Below are positions 53,732 to 64,000 of a stretch of DNA of 64,000 nt, one piece after another (positions within the stretch are counted from its first letter, which is position 1; each line of letters starts with the position of its first letter). The notes below the pieces were generated by a model. That model ran no database searches and had not been told where the DNA came from. It saw only the letters and a list, made by a program, of their open reading frames with translations. The translations under genes were made by a program, and so were the position numbers. Source of the stretch: Minutocellus sp. GHC0000111. Taxonomy: Eukaryota. The stretch covers positions 4,960,001-5,024,000 of the forward strand of contig OZ361257.1 of assembly GCA_977018835.1 (NCBI GenBank), read 5' to 3'.

Positions 53732-55693
53732 ATGGGCCTCACGGCCTCCACCCTCGGCTGCAGAGGGCGCAGCAGCCCTCCGACGACTACCAAGCAACAG
53801 CCCCAAACACATCGCCCACCACCACAATGCGCGCCCCAGTCTTCCATTCCCCACAACAACCTAATCTTGGAGCCTCGAGCTCCCGTTTTGCAGAAACGGC
53901 GGTCGTCATCCCTGAAGGGACCGATTCTATCATTGGTCAAAGATATGCATCACGTTGTCAACACTTCGGACGATGCCGCCATTAAGAGCCACTTTAGCAA
54001 TCACTTTACCTTAGCTTCGAGAAGACAGCACAAGCAGTTTGCCTATGGCAACGAACATTACCATTCCAATAGCAGCAGTGATGGCGGCAGCCGCCGACGA
54101 ACTCACCTACCACAAGCCGGGGCCGGATCTAGAGACTTTGACAAGTACCAGCTCATCGGCAAGGGTGGCTTCGGTGCTGTTCTTCGTGCGCAGCGTACCG
54201 ATACTGGCAAATGGTATGCCCTCAAGGTCCAGCCGATGGAGTCCATGGCTCGATCCTCGCGCTCTGGCGCCAAGAAGATTGAGGACGAGACCGTCTTGCA
54301 CATGGAGCGGACAGTGCTGGCGGCCTGCCGTGGTCGTCCCTTCATCGTCAGTCTCGAATATGCCTTCCACACTCGACGCTTTGCCGTTCTTGCCTTGGAC
54401 TATGTCGAGGGCGGTACATGGTCGCAATTGATTTCCGGAAGTCCGGGCATGATGCTGCCCTTTGACCTGGCCAAGGCCTACACCATGGAGATTGCCCTCG
54501 GTATAAACTTTATGCATAGCCGCGGCATCATCTACCGCGACCTTAAACCTTCGAATGTCCTCGTCGATCGATCTGGTCACATCCGGCTTACTGATTTTGG
54601 ACTTTCAGGTTCCTTGGTGAAACATAAGAAGCCAGCTCCGTCTTCGAGTGATGATGCCGATCCCCAAGACTCCAAGCTTCCGCCACTCTCTCCGTCGCTT
54701 CCTCGTTCGGCCCGCATGCCAAGAGACATCCGTGAGCCAACTCGAAGCACCGACGACATGAGCGAAAGCAACGGGGATCCTGAAATGTCTGATCAGGAGG
54801 AGATTGCCGTGAGGCAAATGGCTGAGGCAGTTGGTGCTCCTGTGGCTACCAGCACCGGCGAAGGCGAACATGATATTCGTTGGGTCCGCCGACGGACAGT
54901 TTGTGGTACTGCCGGTTATCGCCCACCGGAGCAGGTCCAGGAACGATACACCGACTACTCCTCCCGCACGGGATATGACGAGAGGGCCGATTGGTTTGCT
55001 CTCGGCGTGTGTTGCTATACCATGGTGACGGGACGGCGGCCCTTTCCAACCAAGAAGGAACTCCAGAGATCGGAGCGGTCGCTTACAGCACGAAAGAGTT
55101 CTCTGACGGGTTCCGGCGAAACGACCCCACAGGTCGGCAACCTTTCCAAGGAAGCATCGAAGAAGGTTTTGAATGATGCCGAATTCCGATGCCTCATGTT
55201 TGAGGTGCCCTTTCCAGCTCAGTTCAGCACCGAACCCGAGGCTGAAACGTTCATCCGAGCACTCCTGGAACGCGATCCTCGCAAGCGACTCGGCTACGAT
55301 GGCATTGTCAATCATCCTTGGATGGAAGGAGAAGCCTTTACCACCGATGGAGCGCTTGCACAAACAATTCCGCAGTGGGTCAAAGACCACGCCTATCTCC
55401 AAATGACTCGAGTGGCACGCAACGAGAACAACTGGCGCCAGTGGAAGCGCTACCTTCGTCCCAGACCCGACCATCATAGTGGCGGCTGCCAGCAGTACAG
55501 CTCTCTCAACGACTGCATCGATGATATGTGTCGACGGTGCTTCGAGACGCATGATTCTGCCTATGCGCAGGGTTTTCGCAAGAAGTGGACGGCCTCGACG
55601 AGCAAAAATACCAACGAGCTCTTTCATCGTTGGACTTATGTGAGTCCTGAGGCGCTCCAACTGGAGATGCAGTGTGCATCGGAAGAGCAATAG
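53732..55693 (+). CDS. AGC-group Ser/Thr protein kinase (GRK/RSK-like)
   Basis: GKGGFG, YALK, PFIVSLEYAFHT, IIYRDLKPSN, LTDFGL, CGTAGYRPPE, DWFALG and LLERDPRKRLG. N-terminal MGLTASTLGC. Confidence 0.92.
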   Translation: MGLTASTLGCRGRSSPPTTTKQQPQTHRPPPQCAPQSSIPHNNLILEPRAPVLQKRRSSSLKGPILSLVKDMHHVVNTSDDAAIKSHFSNHFTLASRRQHKQFAYGNEHYHSNSSSDGGSRRRTHLPQAGAGSRDFDKYQLIGKGGFGAVLRAQRTDTGKWYALKVQPMESMARSSRSGAKKIEDETVLHMERTVLAACRGRPFIVSLEYAFHTRRFAVLALDYVEGGTWSQLISGSPGMMLPFDLAKAYTMEIALGINFMHSRGIIYRDLKPSNVLVDRSGHIRLTDFGLSGSLVKHKKPAPSSSDDADPQDSKLPPLSPSLPRSARMPRDIREPTRSTDDMSESNGDPEMSDQEEIAVRQMAEAVGAPVATSTGEGEHDIRWVRRRTVCGTAGYRPPEQVQERYTDYSSRTGYDERADWFALGVCCYTMVTGRRPFPTKKELQRSERSLTARKSSLTGSGETTPQVGNLSKEASKKVLNDAEFRCLMFEVPFPAQFSTEPEAETFIRALLERDPRKRLGYDGIVNHPWMEGEAFTTDGALAQTIPQWVKDHAYLQMTRVARNENNWRQWKRYLRPRPDHHSGGCQQYSSLNDCIDDMCRRCFETHDSAYAQGFRKKWTASTSKNTNELFHRWTYVSPEALQLEMQCASEEQ

Positions 55694-55756
55694 GAATATA
55701 TCTAACTCCATAGCAAACAATCGAAAAAAATAATGTCCTATGAGCTAAGTTAGATT

Positions 55757-58700
55757 CTAGAAACCAAACAAGCCCTTATCAGCCAAATGCTTTTCGGCCA
55801 GTGTCTTGTGAAGAGTATCTCTCAGTGCAGCTTCCACCTCATAGTCCTCCATTCTGAGCGATACCAGTGGCCAGGCACCCCCTCCTCCACCCAATGACGC
55901 GTGGTATGAGGCGTGGAGGCCCTTGGGAGTTTGTAGGGTAATGACGCGAGTTTCCCCTAGACGATTGAGGATCCCAAGTAGCTCGCCGAAGCTCGGAGGA
56001 GGTAGATATTGTCGATCTCCGAGACTTTCGGCCACTCCCTTCATTTTCGTGAGGATTTCCTGTACATCGAATCCGCCCTTTTCTCTTCCGGTATGCTTCT
56101 GGAGAGAAGCGATGCTGACAATGAGAAGGGCTTCGAAGGATGTTGCCGAGGAAACAGCTCGGTTGATAATGCTGTTGAACATGTCTCGAGCGGCGCGTTG
56201 GATGTCGGGAATGCGGACAATCTTGGGGGCGCTCTTTGAACCACTACCGACACCACTCTTGCCCCTCGACGCATTGGTCTGACTTGGCTCTCCCTCCTCT
56301 TCCATCTTGGACAAGACAGTTTCGGCGGCAGCCTTGCAAATCTGGAAGGCCTTGCGGATGTCGCCAGACATGACGGCGGTCTTTCTAGCGCCGAATGTCA
56401 GGGCATCTTGATCAAAGGTCGAGGTAACATCCTTGGCGTCGTCACTACCGGAAAGCCTGGCCTTGAGGATGTTGCAGGTTTCTTCAACATTGTAAGCCTT
56501 GAAGACGCACCGTTCTCGTCCCAAGCGAGATTGAACTGCTGGCTTGAGCCGTTCGGGGAGGTTAATGGTGTTTGAGATACCAATAACAACCAATCGCGCT
56601 CCAGATATGTTGGTGGCAGAGCGTCTGGGCCATTCAAAGAAGTTGTAGAGAACGGACTGCTTGTTGGTCACCAGGTAATCAATCTCATCCAGTAGAACGA
56701 CGGTGACTGGACGCGTGGTCCCCTCCTTTGTCCCGGCGCTTTTCTTGGAGCTACTGCCGACGAAATGACGTTCCAGCATGGCGGCTGCAACTCCCGGCGT
56801 GCGTTTCTCCTTGAACTCACTGATGGCCTCCCAGAGACGAACGTAGGCGTCAAAGGGATATTGCATCTCCATCCCATTGAGTGATACAAAGTCAAATTGT
56901 GGTATGTTACCACTTGCCTGCTCATGGCGAAGCTGAGCAATGACGGCCTTGACGCAGGCGGTCTGTGTAAGGGAAACGTAAGAGAGGGAAAGATGTATGT
57001 GAGCGATGGAGTGCCCTTTGAGACAAAAATAAATTTAAAACTAAGAATAGAAGTTCCACTTACCTTGCCGGTACCGGGAGGCCCGGCGATGAAGATGGAC
57101 GATTTGACTGACGATTCAATTTCTGTTCCGTCGAGAGCTTTGAATTCATTCTTTGCGCCCTGAATGGCCGAGCGAAGAAAGTCCTTGATTTGATTTAGCT
57201 CATTCTTTCTGCCAGTGAGTTCCATACCTCGAATCTGAGCATCGGCAGAGGCATCCGAAAGCGAAAATCTTGATATCGCTTCTCGAAAGTTGCTCTTCAA
57301 TTCTGTTTTTGAGCTGACCTTGCCGGACGCCGAAGAAAGCTTGGCCGCACTGTCGTTGCCGGCACCTCCCAACACCTTATCAAGAGCGGCCTTGAGGAGA
57401 GCATCTTTGCCGAAGTAGCTTGAATACATGCGGCCACGCTCGACGCGGCCCTTGATAGAGCCCGAGGGCATTAACGACTTGCGATGAATCGACCAAAAGC
57501 GATGACATTGATAACTCATGATGGGCATTCCAAGGGCGTCGACGGTAGGAACATCACATGGAACAGAGGATGCGTAGAGCTTTACCGGGGCCAATAGAGC
57601 TGCGGCAGGGCAATCCAACGTATCATCGGTCTCGATGACCTCCTCCAACCCCCCAGTCTTTGCTGCGGAAAAGGTCTGCCTGGCCGAGCCAGGCATTTCG
57701 TGTTGGCGATACAGCCAGCGGACTTCCATGCGCATTTCATACCTTCCCGAGGTTGCATCATCATCCGAGGCACCGCAAGGCGCCTCGTCCTTGAGATTTG
57801 TGACATCTTCTTTGAATCGATGCTGCTTCCAAATGCAGACGACCTCCGCTGGGCACCAGGTTGCGGTGAAGGGCAGCTTAGGACCGTTGCCAACATTGCC
57901 CCCGACATCAAAGTGAACAGCGACAGTATCGCCAATCTTTACCGTCCAGACATTGTCACCGCTGCCTTCTCTGGAAGGTTCTCGAAATTGCGCAGCATAG
58001 TGATCGTAGGGTGGATTGATATGAATCTCGGTGTAGTAGCTCCTGGAAGATGCCACATCAACGTGAGAAGGGGGTGATGTTGTCCATGCCTGTTCAACAT
58101 CGTCCATTTCGTCATCGCTACTTTCGTCGTCATCGAGCACTAGTTCTTCAAGACTATCTGTATCGTCGCTGATTTTGATATCCCTGGAGTAACTTTCCAC
58201 GTCTCCCGATTTCTGTTCACATATTTTTGACCGTTTGGGTCGCTTCGAACCTTGCTTGGCCGAAGAGATGGATTTATCTTCGTCGTCATCATCGATATCG
58301 CCGTCATCGTCATCTTCAAATGCAGGCCCTCGTGCAACGTTGTCGGCTTCAATCTCAATCTTTAGCCCGGCGATATCACGAGAAAAATCGGAATTCAGCA
58401 CACCCATAATCGCATCGCCAAGGCTCTTGCTTCGTGAGTAGTACGTGGAAGTATCAATGAGACGAGAGCTTACGCTTTCAATGATTGGCTTCACTTGTTC
58501 GTCAAACTGCTTGCAGCACCGAAGATATGCCACGGGCAACTTGCAGGGACCGCTGATGGTTTGCGGGGTCGACCACTCACTGAGAGGCGTTATTTCCTTC
58601 TCGGCGATTGCCAACGGTCCCAGGATGGAGGCGCCATCGGCCCCGATCGTTGTGTCCATCTCGACGAGGTCCACGTCGTAGGCTTCATCGTCTATATTCT

Positions 58701-60453
58701 TGTGCCGACTTCCACGCGCCCCGGCCAATTTGGACGCCACGACGTCGGCAGTGCGGTACAGAAGCTGAAGCTCAAATTTCACCTTGGTGGTGTCGCTAAC
58801 GTCCGTCCAAGATTTCGACGTAGAGGGTGAGGAGGACGCTGTAACCTCATCGGTATAAATGGCCGCAATTCGACACGGCCTCCACTTGGTAGCGCTGTTA
58901 AAGGGATACCACGCATTGCCCCGCTTGGCCTGAACCCACTCACTGAGCTTCGGCGGACGGGCATCATCCGCACGAACCGCCACCACGTCGCCCACCCGGG
59001 CCGTCCACCGGCGGACCATGGCCGCCACCGACCCGCCGCTCCCACCGCTGCCGCCGCACACAATGTCCCGTCCGTACTGAAACGTCGACCAATCGATGGG
59101 CAGCCGGGCGGAATCGTAGAATTTCCTTGCAGTGCCGGATGATGTGCTTACCACTGGGGAACCATCGTCCAGTTGCGTCAGCGACAGCAGAGGCGGGGGC
59201 AGCCGCACCGTGGCGCTGTCGGCGGCAATCGACGACACGATGCACGCCGCCGCCGAATCCGATGCGGATAATGCTGATCCACCACCACTCCATCGGAGAT
59301 GGAGCTTGTACTTCCACCTCAGCGTTATCTGCAACTTGGCATCGTTCCGTATCAACTCGGATCGTCCCAAAGAACGTTCCAGTGCATACGTCGAGGCATG
59401 CAGCAGCGGCATGATCTGCTCTTCTCCGCTGGCGTAGAATCGATGGCACAGAAAGTGGACGGTGGGCACCGCCAGTGGATGATGATGACGACGACGCGAG
59501 TTGCTGCCGCCGCCGCTCCTGCTGCTGCCGCTACTGCCACCGCTCTGCAAATGTTTGGCAGTGACAAACGGCCTCCCCACCTCATCCCGCAGGACGGCTC
59601 TGCCCAGTATCCGATCGACGGACACGTCCCGCAGGACCTTGAAGGTTTCCAACACTTCTTCGGTGTGCTCCCCCTCATGTTTGGCGGCGTCGGTGTTTAG
59701 CAGAGAATCACCAACTAGGCCCGGCACGCCACCGACCAGGTTGGTGTGTCTATATAAACGTCGGACCTCCAGCTTGATGCTATCTCCCCCACTGCCATTG
59801 CCATTGATGCTGTTATGACCATCCCGATAGATGGCAATCACCTGCACCACCCCCCAAGGCTCCAGATACGGATACCACGTCTTTTCTGCGTCCTTGGCCC
59901 GGGTGGGCAACGACTTGGCATTCTGGGCAACGGTGGACGGAGCAGGCGGGGCGGCGTCGGGGTCCGATAGGCAGAGGGCGTCGCCGAGATGGATGGTCCA
60001 TCGAACTGTCGGCTTTGGTTGGGTGGGTGCCGCCTTGCGCTTGGTTCCACTTTTGCTACTACCGTTTCCACCCTTACCTCCGCCGCCACCACTGTTGCCA
60101 CTATTGCCACCACCGCCAGCAGCCAACTTCCTCTGCCTCTCCCTCACCAACCTGTCTCGTCTCTGCCGGGCGTTCCCCTCGTACTGCCCATGAACCAACT
60201 TGGGCAGCTCCTTCCGATGACACGACAGGGTGACGCTATCGTAGTACTCTCGGGTGATGGTGTTGCCGGCGGAGGAGGATTGGACCTGCGTGACCTTGCG
60301 CCCGCGCTTGGTTTTTTTGGATGCGTTATTAGTGGTGGGAGATGGCAGGGCGGCGGAGTGGAGGACCTCGGGGGGTGCAGCGACGGACCACCGCCGTGAC
60401 GACGAGGTTGGACTGGAGCTGCGGGCGGTGCCGGCCTTGCGCGGCTTGGCCAT
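55757..60453 (-). CDS. ORC1: Origin recognition complex subunit 1 (BAH domains + AAA+ + winged helix); intron 56963-57063
   Basis: Splicing gives Walker A IAGPPGTGK|TACV. Also FVSLNGM, Walker B VVLLDEIDYLVT.KQSVLYNFFEWP, VIGISNTINLPE, SRLG and SGDIRKAFQIC. N-terminal BAH-like repeats. Confidence 0.92.
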
Positions 60454-60808
60454 GCTATATATATGTGATTCGGCGGGCACTGAGTCGACAAACCAAAGGC
60501 TATTGCCGGATGCTGCTGCGGCGGCCGTGGCACTGGGCTGGTATCTCTCGCCTCTGCGGCGGCCGTATCTGCAAGCGGCCGGCCACCAGGTTTGAATTCA
60601 GCACATCTTGTGCCGGTTTGATGAGGGTTGCGTTTTGAAAAAAACGGGATTACAAATGATCCCGTTTTCTGACCGACCACTGGCCTTCGTCTGAGACTGA
60701 ACGACCATCATAACCCGCGTCCTCGTCAGCCACTGCCATTAGCATTGTATCGCCGCATATCACCGACGCAAGCTCCAGTCATTTGCACGCCATGACGGTG
60801 GCGGCGTG

Positions 60809-62641
60809 ATGCTTTGCATGATCCATTCTCACCATCACTTGTCGGCGTATCTTCTTCTGTGGACAGCAGCTTGTCTCATTCTCCTCGCACCAACCGCCGC
60901 CGAGGGAGGTGGAAGAATAATGACGAACGCACCACCTGCTGCATTCCTCGTCCCATCGCAGGCGGTAGGACCAAGGACGAAGAATGACAGCGGCAGCTAC
61001 ACACATGACGGCAGTGCAGCGGCTTCTCGGCCAAGACGCGGTGTGAATGGCGAAAATGACGCATCTTGTCCCGCCGCGTCAGACAAAGCCACCCCCTCGG
61101 CATCGGCATCGGCATTGCGCATGCTGGCCCCGTCGCAGGCCATCAAGGGCTCTGGTTCATCGTCATCGTTTGGGCTATCGAAATCACGACGGAATAATAG
61201 ACGAGCAAACCAAATGAAGCGGACTGATACTGCTCTGACCGCAGCCACTTCTTTTTCCAGCGACGACAGCAGAAATAACAACAACAACCACCACACCAAA
61301 AAGAAGAAATCCAAACCGAGACGGCAGCTCAAGCATCGAATGACGGGCAACATCCCCGACGTCCACTGGCGGGCCATCCCCCTCGAGCATTTGCGTCACC
61401 ACCCATCGTTCGAGGCGTTGCCCCATCCGGATACCATCACCGCCCTCGATTCTCTGGAAGATGTCCGTCTGTTTCGACAAGATTCCTGGCAGTGGGATGC
61501 CCTGCACTCGGGTAGATGCACCACCTCCCAGGCCACGGCGGCGTTGGGGGTGCTGGAATCCAGGGCCGGGGGAGAACTGGGCATACCCCGCAGCTTGCAA
61601 AAGGGTGCCGTCGGGGCGTACCATCGGCTGAGTCAGCCGGGTCTGCGGAATTTGGAGGATATGAGGGAGGTGCTGTGTACCGGGGAGGGCAATTCACCGC
61701 CCGAGCTGGATATGTTGGACTTCCCTGTATGGGATGTCGAGGCAGCGGACAAGGCCAGGAACGAAGCAGAGAAATACGAGAAAAACGGCAAGAACGGCAA
61801 GACGAAAGCGAGCGGACAGCAACAACAGAAGGGCTTCAATGCGTTCTATCTGCCCAGAATCAAAATGAGCGATCTGGACCGACGACGAAACATCTTGAAG
61901 GACTACTATGCTCTCAAGGATTCCTCTCGCTGGGTGGCACGGATGCAGTGGGGCAATGCGCAGGAACCGACGGCGTTGCTTACGGCGCTCAATTACTTCA
62001 CCAGGGCCGTTCCTGGAACCAAGATACGAGAGGTGGGAATGTGCGGCGCTGGGTTGGACATTAACAATACGGCATCGAATGAGGAGAACGGGCTCATCAT
62101 TGGGGCAACGCCTGACGCCGTGATCCATTACCCCAATGGCACGCTTGAGGCGTTAGAGGTGAAGAACCACTGCCCGTTCGTCCCGCTGTACTGGGGATCG
62201 CGAAAGCCATCAAATGATGACAAGGATCTCTTCCGCATCCGCGAATCGAGACTCCCGTTGGACGTTCCACCGGCGTATGTTCCTCAGCTCATGTTGGAGA
62301 TGCTGTCCTTGGGCCCACAATGCCGTTCGGCCATCATGGTCCGTCAGACCGCGACCAAGGGAGCTGTGATACTACGTTTGCAGCGCGATGATGAATGGAT
62401 CGATGAAATGTTGTATTGGCTGAACGAATTTGTTGATCGATTCGTAAACCAAGGCGAGCCACCGCCTCCGAATGTATTTTGGGATGGCAATGAACATTCC
62501 GGCGGTGAAAGATATCGGAAATTTGTTGTCCGAACGAAGGAGATTAGTTTGAGCGCACAGCTCGTGGCCAGAATCCCCCACGGAGATATTCAGAGGGTTA
62601 TTGGATCAAAGAGGCATATTATTCCCTTGTTCCTCGATTAA
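60809..62641 (+). CDS. YqaJ / lambda-exonuclease-like PD-(D/E)xK nuclease with N-terminal signal-like peptide
   Basis: QDSWQW..L..GR.TTSQ, MQWGNAQEPTA, IGATPDAVI, LEVK.HCPF and YVPQL.LEM motifs. Confidence 0.8.
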   Translation: MLCMIHSHHHLSAYLLLWTAACLILLAPTAAEGGGRIMTNAPPAAFLVPSQAVGPRTKNDSGSYTHDGSAAASRPRRGVNGENDASCPAASDKATPSASASALRMLAPSQAIKGSGSSSSFGLSKSRRNNRRANQMKRTDTALTAATSFSSDDSRNNNNNHHTKKKKSKPRRQLKHRMTGNIPDVHWRAIPLEHLRHHPSFEALPHPDTITALDSLEDVRLFRQDSWQWDALHSGRCTTSQATAALGVLESRAGGELGIPRSLQKGAVGAYHRLSQPGLRNLEDMREVLCTGEGNSPPELDMLDFPVWDVEAADKARNEAEKYEKNGKNGKTKASGQQQQKGFNAFYLPRIKMSDLDRRRNILKDYYALKDSSRWVARMQWGNAQEPTALLTALNYFTRAVPGTKIREVGMCGAGLDINNTASNEENGLIIGATPDAVIHYPNGTLEALEVKNHCPFVPLYWGSRKPSNDDKDLFRIRESRLPLDVPPAYVPQLMLEMLSLGPQCRSAIMVRQTATKGAVILRLQRDDEWIDEMLYWLNEFVDRFVNQGEPPPPNVFWDGNEHSGGERYRKFVVRTKEISLSAQLVARIPHGDIQRVIGSKRHIIPLFLD

Positions 62642-62703
62642 TCTAAATCGCATGCTGCTACCATTGTACGTAGCTTTAAACTGATAGATATTACAACCAC
62701 TTT

Positions 62704-63103
62704 TATGTATGTATGTATGTATGTATGTATGTATGTATGTATGTATGTATGTATGTATGTATGTATGTATGTATGTATGTATGTATGTATGTATGTATGT
62801 ATGTATGTATGTATGTATGTATGTATGTATGTATGTATGTATGTATGTATGTATGTATGTATGTATGTATGTATGTATGTATGTATGTATGTATGTATGT
62901 ATGTATGTATGTATGTATGTATGTATGTATGTATGTATGTATGTATGTATGTATGTATGTATGTATGTATGTATGTATGTATGTATGTATGTATGTATGT
63001 ATGTATGTATGTATGTATGTATGTATGTATGTATGTATGTATGTATGTATGTATGTATGTATGTATGTATGTATGTATGTATGTATGTATGTATGTATGT
63101 ATG
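62704..63103 (+). repeat. Perfect (TATG)n microsatellite, 400 bp (100 units)
   Basis: Uninterrupted tatg run between two convergent 3' ends. Confidence 0.97.
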
Positions 63104-63171
63104 CATTAACTTAAAAATTAAATCCCTCTGATACGATATGTGCGGCCGAGGTTCCCTGTGTTTGATCTCAA

Positions 63172-63996
63172 TTAAAAATGTGCAGAGCACCTTCGCGTTG
63201 CCTTCTTCCTTTGCGTGACTTGGCGCCCGCCTTTGACAACTTTCTTGGCAAACCCAGCCACAGACTCTCTGGCCTCTTCAATACCGGCCAAAGGCAGCAT
63301 AGTTCTGGTCATCGACCGCCTTCTTCGCGCCATCCTGGCTACTCTGGCAGCCTCTGTCGTTTCCTCTCGAGTGTGCCCATACCGATGCTCCAGGACGTTG
63401 CGTCGGAAGTGGGGTTGTATGTACATTTTCTCGGAATTTGGACCACCGTCTCTGATCCGGTGCTTTTCCCAGTCATCAACACGAACAGGCTGATGATCTT
63501 GGTGTTGCCAATCTAGGGCGATTGGGGGGCCTAGACGGCAGCAGGGGTGATCACCGAGCGTTTGTGAGTGCGAGCGGACGGAAACGGAGGAAAATGACAC
63601 CGAAGACCCAGTAGAGCCAATTGAAGTGGATCGATCTCGCCGAACTTCATTCCCTCCCGCTGAGGAAGATGCGGTTTGCTGTTGAAGACTTGCAAGACAA
63701 ATAAGATCAGGGCGGACATACACCTCAGATGATGGCTCATTATTCCCATAGGAAGAGTGACGGCGAAAAATGCTTCTGGGCTGAGATACTCGTGACGAGG
63801 CCGAAGCCATGGAATGCCGACGAGAATGCCCAGGTGGTGACGATGGCTGAGAATCTGAAGAATCGTCACTGTTGGTCGACTCCCCCCTACTTGCATTTGC
63901 ATTTGCACTTGCACTTAACCCATTTTCTTGAGGCATTCCATCTTCTTCGTCTGACGAATCCCCGTCCAAATAATTCTGCACTTCCGTCAGCGACAA
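63172..63996 (-). CDS. Hypothetical protein of diatom-type family, probably 5'-incomplete at the window edge
   Basis: VSFSSVSVRSHSQTLGDHPCC..GPPIALDW...VDDWE..R pattern. The ORF runs to the window end without an ATG. Confidence 0.65.
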   Translation of the reverse strand: MSLTEVQNYLDGDSSDEEDGMPQENGLSASANANASRGESTNSDDSSDSQPSSPPGHSRRHSMASASSRVSQPRSIFRRHSSYGNNEPSSEVYVRPDLICLASLQQQTASSSAGGNEVRRDRSTSIGSTGSSVSFSSVSVRSHSQTLGDHPCCRLGPPIALDWQHQDHQPVRVDDWEKHRIRDGGPNSEKMYIQPHFRRNVLEHRYGHTREETTEAARVARMARRRRSMTRTMLPLAGIEEARESVAGFAKKVVKGGRQVTQRKKATRRCSAHF

Positions 63997-64000
63997 ACGC

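Noticed and set aside
54605..55720. Long antisense ORFs (e.g. 371 aa opposite the kinase; also 22569-23252, 13310-13990)
   Set aside because: Shadow ORFs of GC3-rich coding strands with no recognisable motifs.
62606..63190. ORFs encoding (MYVC)n / (HTYI)n
   Set aside because: Translation artefacts of the TATG microsatellite.

Overview
Gene-dense eukaryotic nuclear DNA, almost certainly from a diatom. Evidence: a fucoxanthin-chlorophyll (LHC) gene, several signal-peptide + ASAFAP-type plastid targeting motifs, short GT-AG introns and diatom-type hypothetical families. About 35 genes or gene relics are recognisable, including ispF, an Lhcr-type LHC, ORC1, a PPR protein, a LonC-type protease, an AGC kinase, a WDR44-like protein and a YqaJ-like nuclease. 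No rRNA, tRNA or CRISPR array was recognised. Two things stand out. (1) A ~3 kb island (26.6-29.57 kb) of stitched fragments: a sulfotransferase-like host gene, a DIRS/Ngaro-type tyrosine recombinase and a Copia integrase. It is depleted of TpA, and conserved Tyr codons read as Cys (TGY) or His (CAY). This points to directional TpA->TpG/CpA (A->G on both strands) hypermutation, the reverse of fungal RIP. The island ends in a telomere-like (CTAACC)2 scar. (2) About ten genes across the window carry premature stops or frameshifts, suggesting a decaying haplotype or duplicate, or assembly error. Family assignments come from motif recognition by eye and counts are hand counts; no database searches were run.
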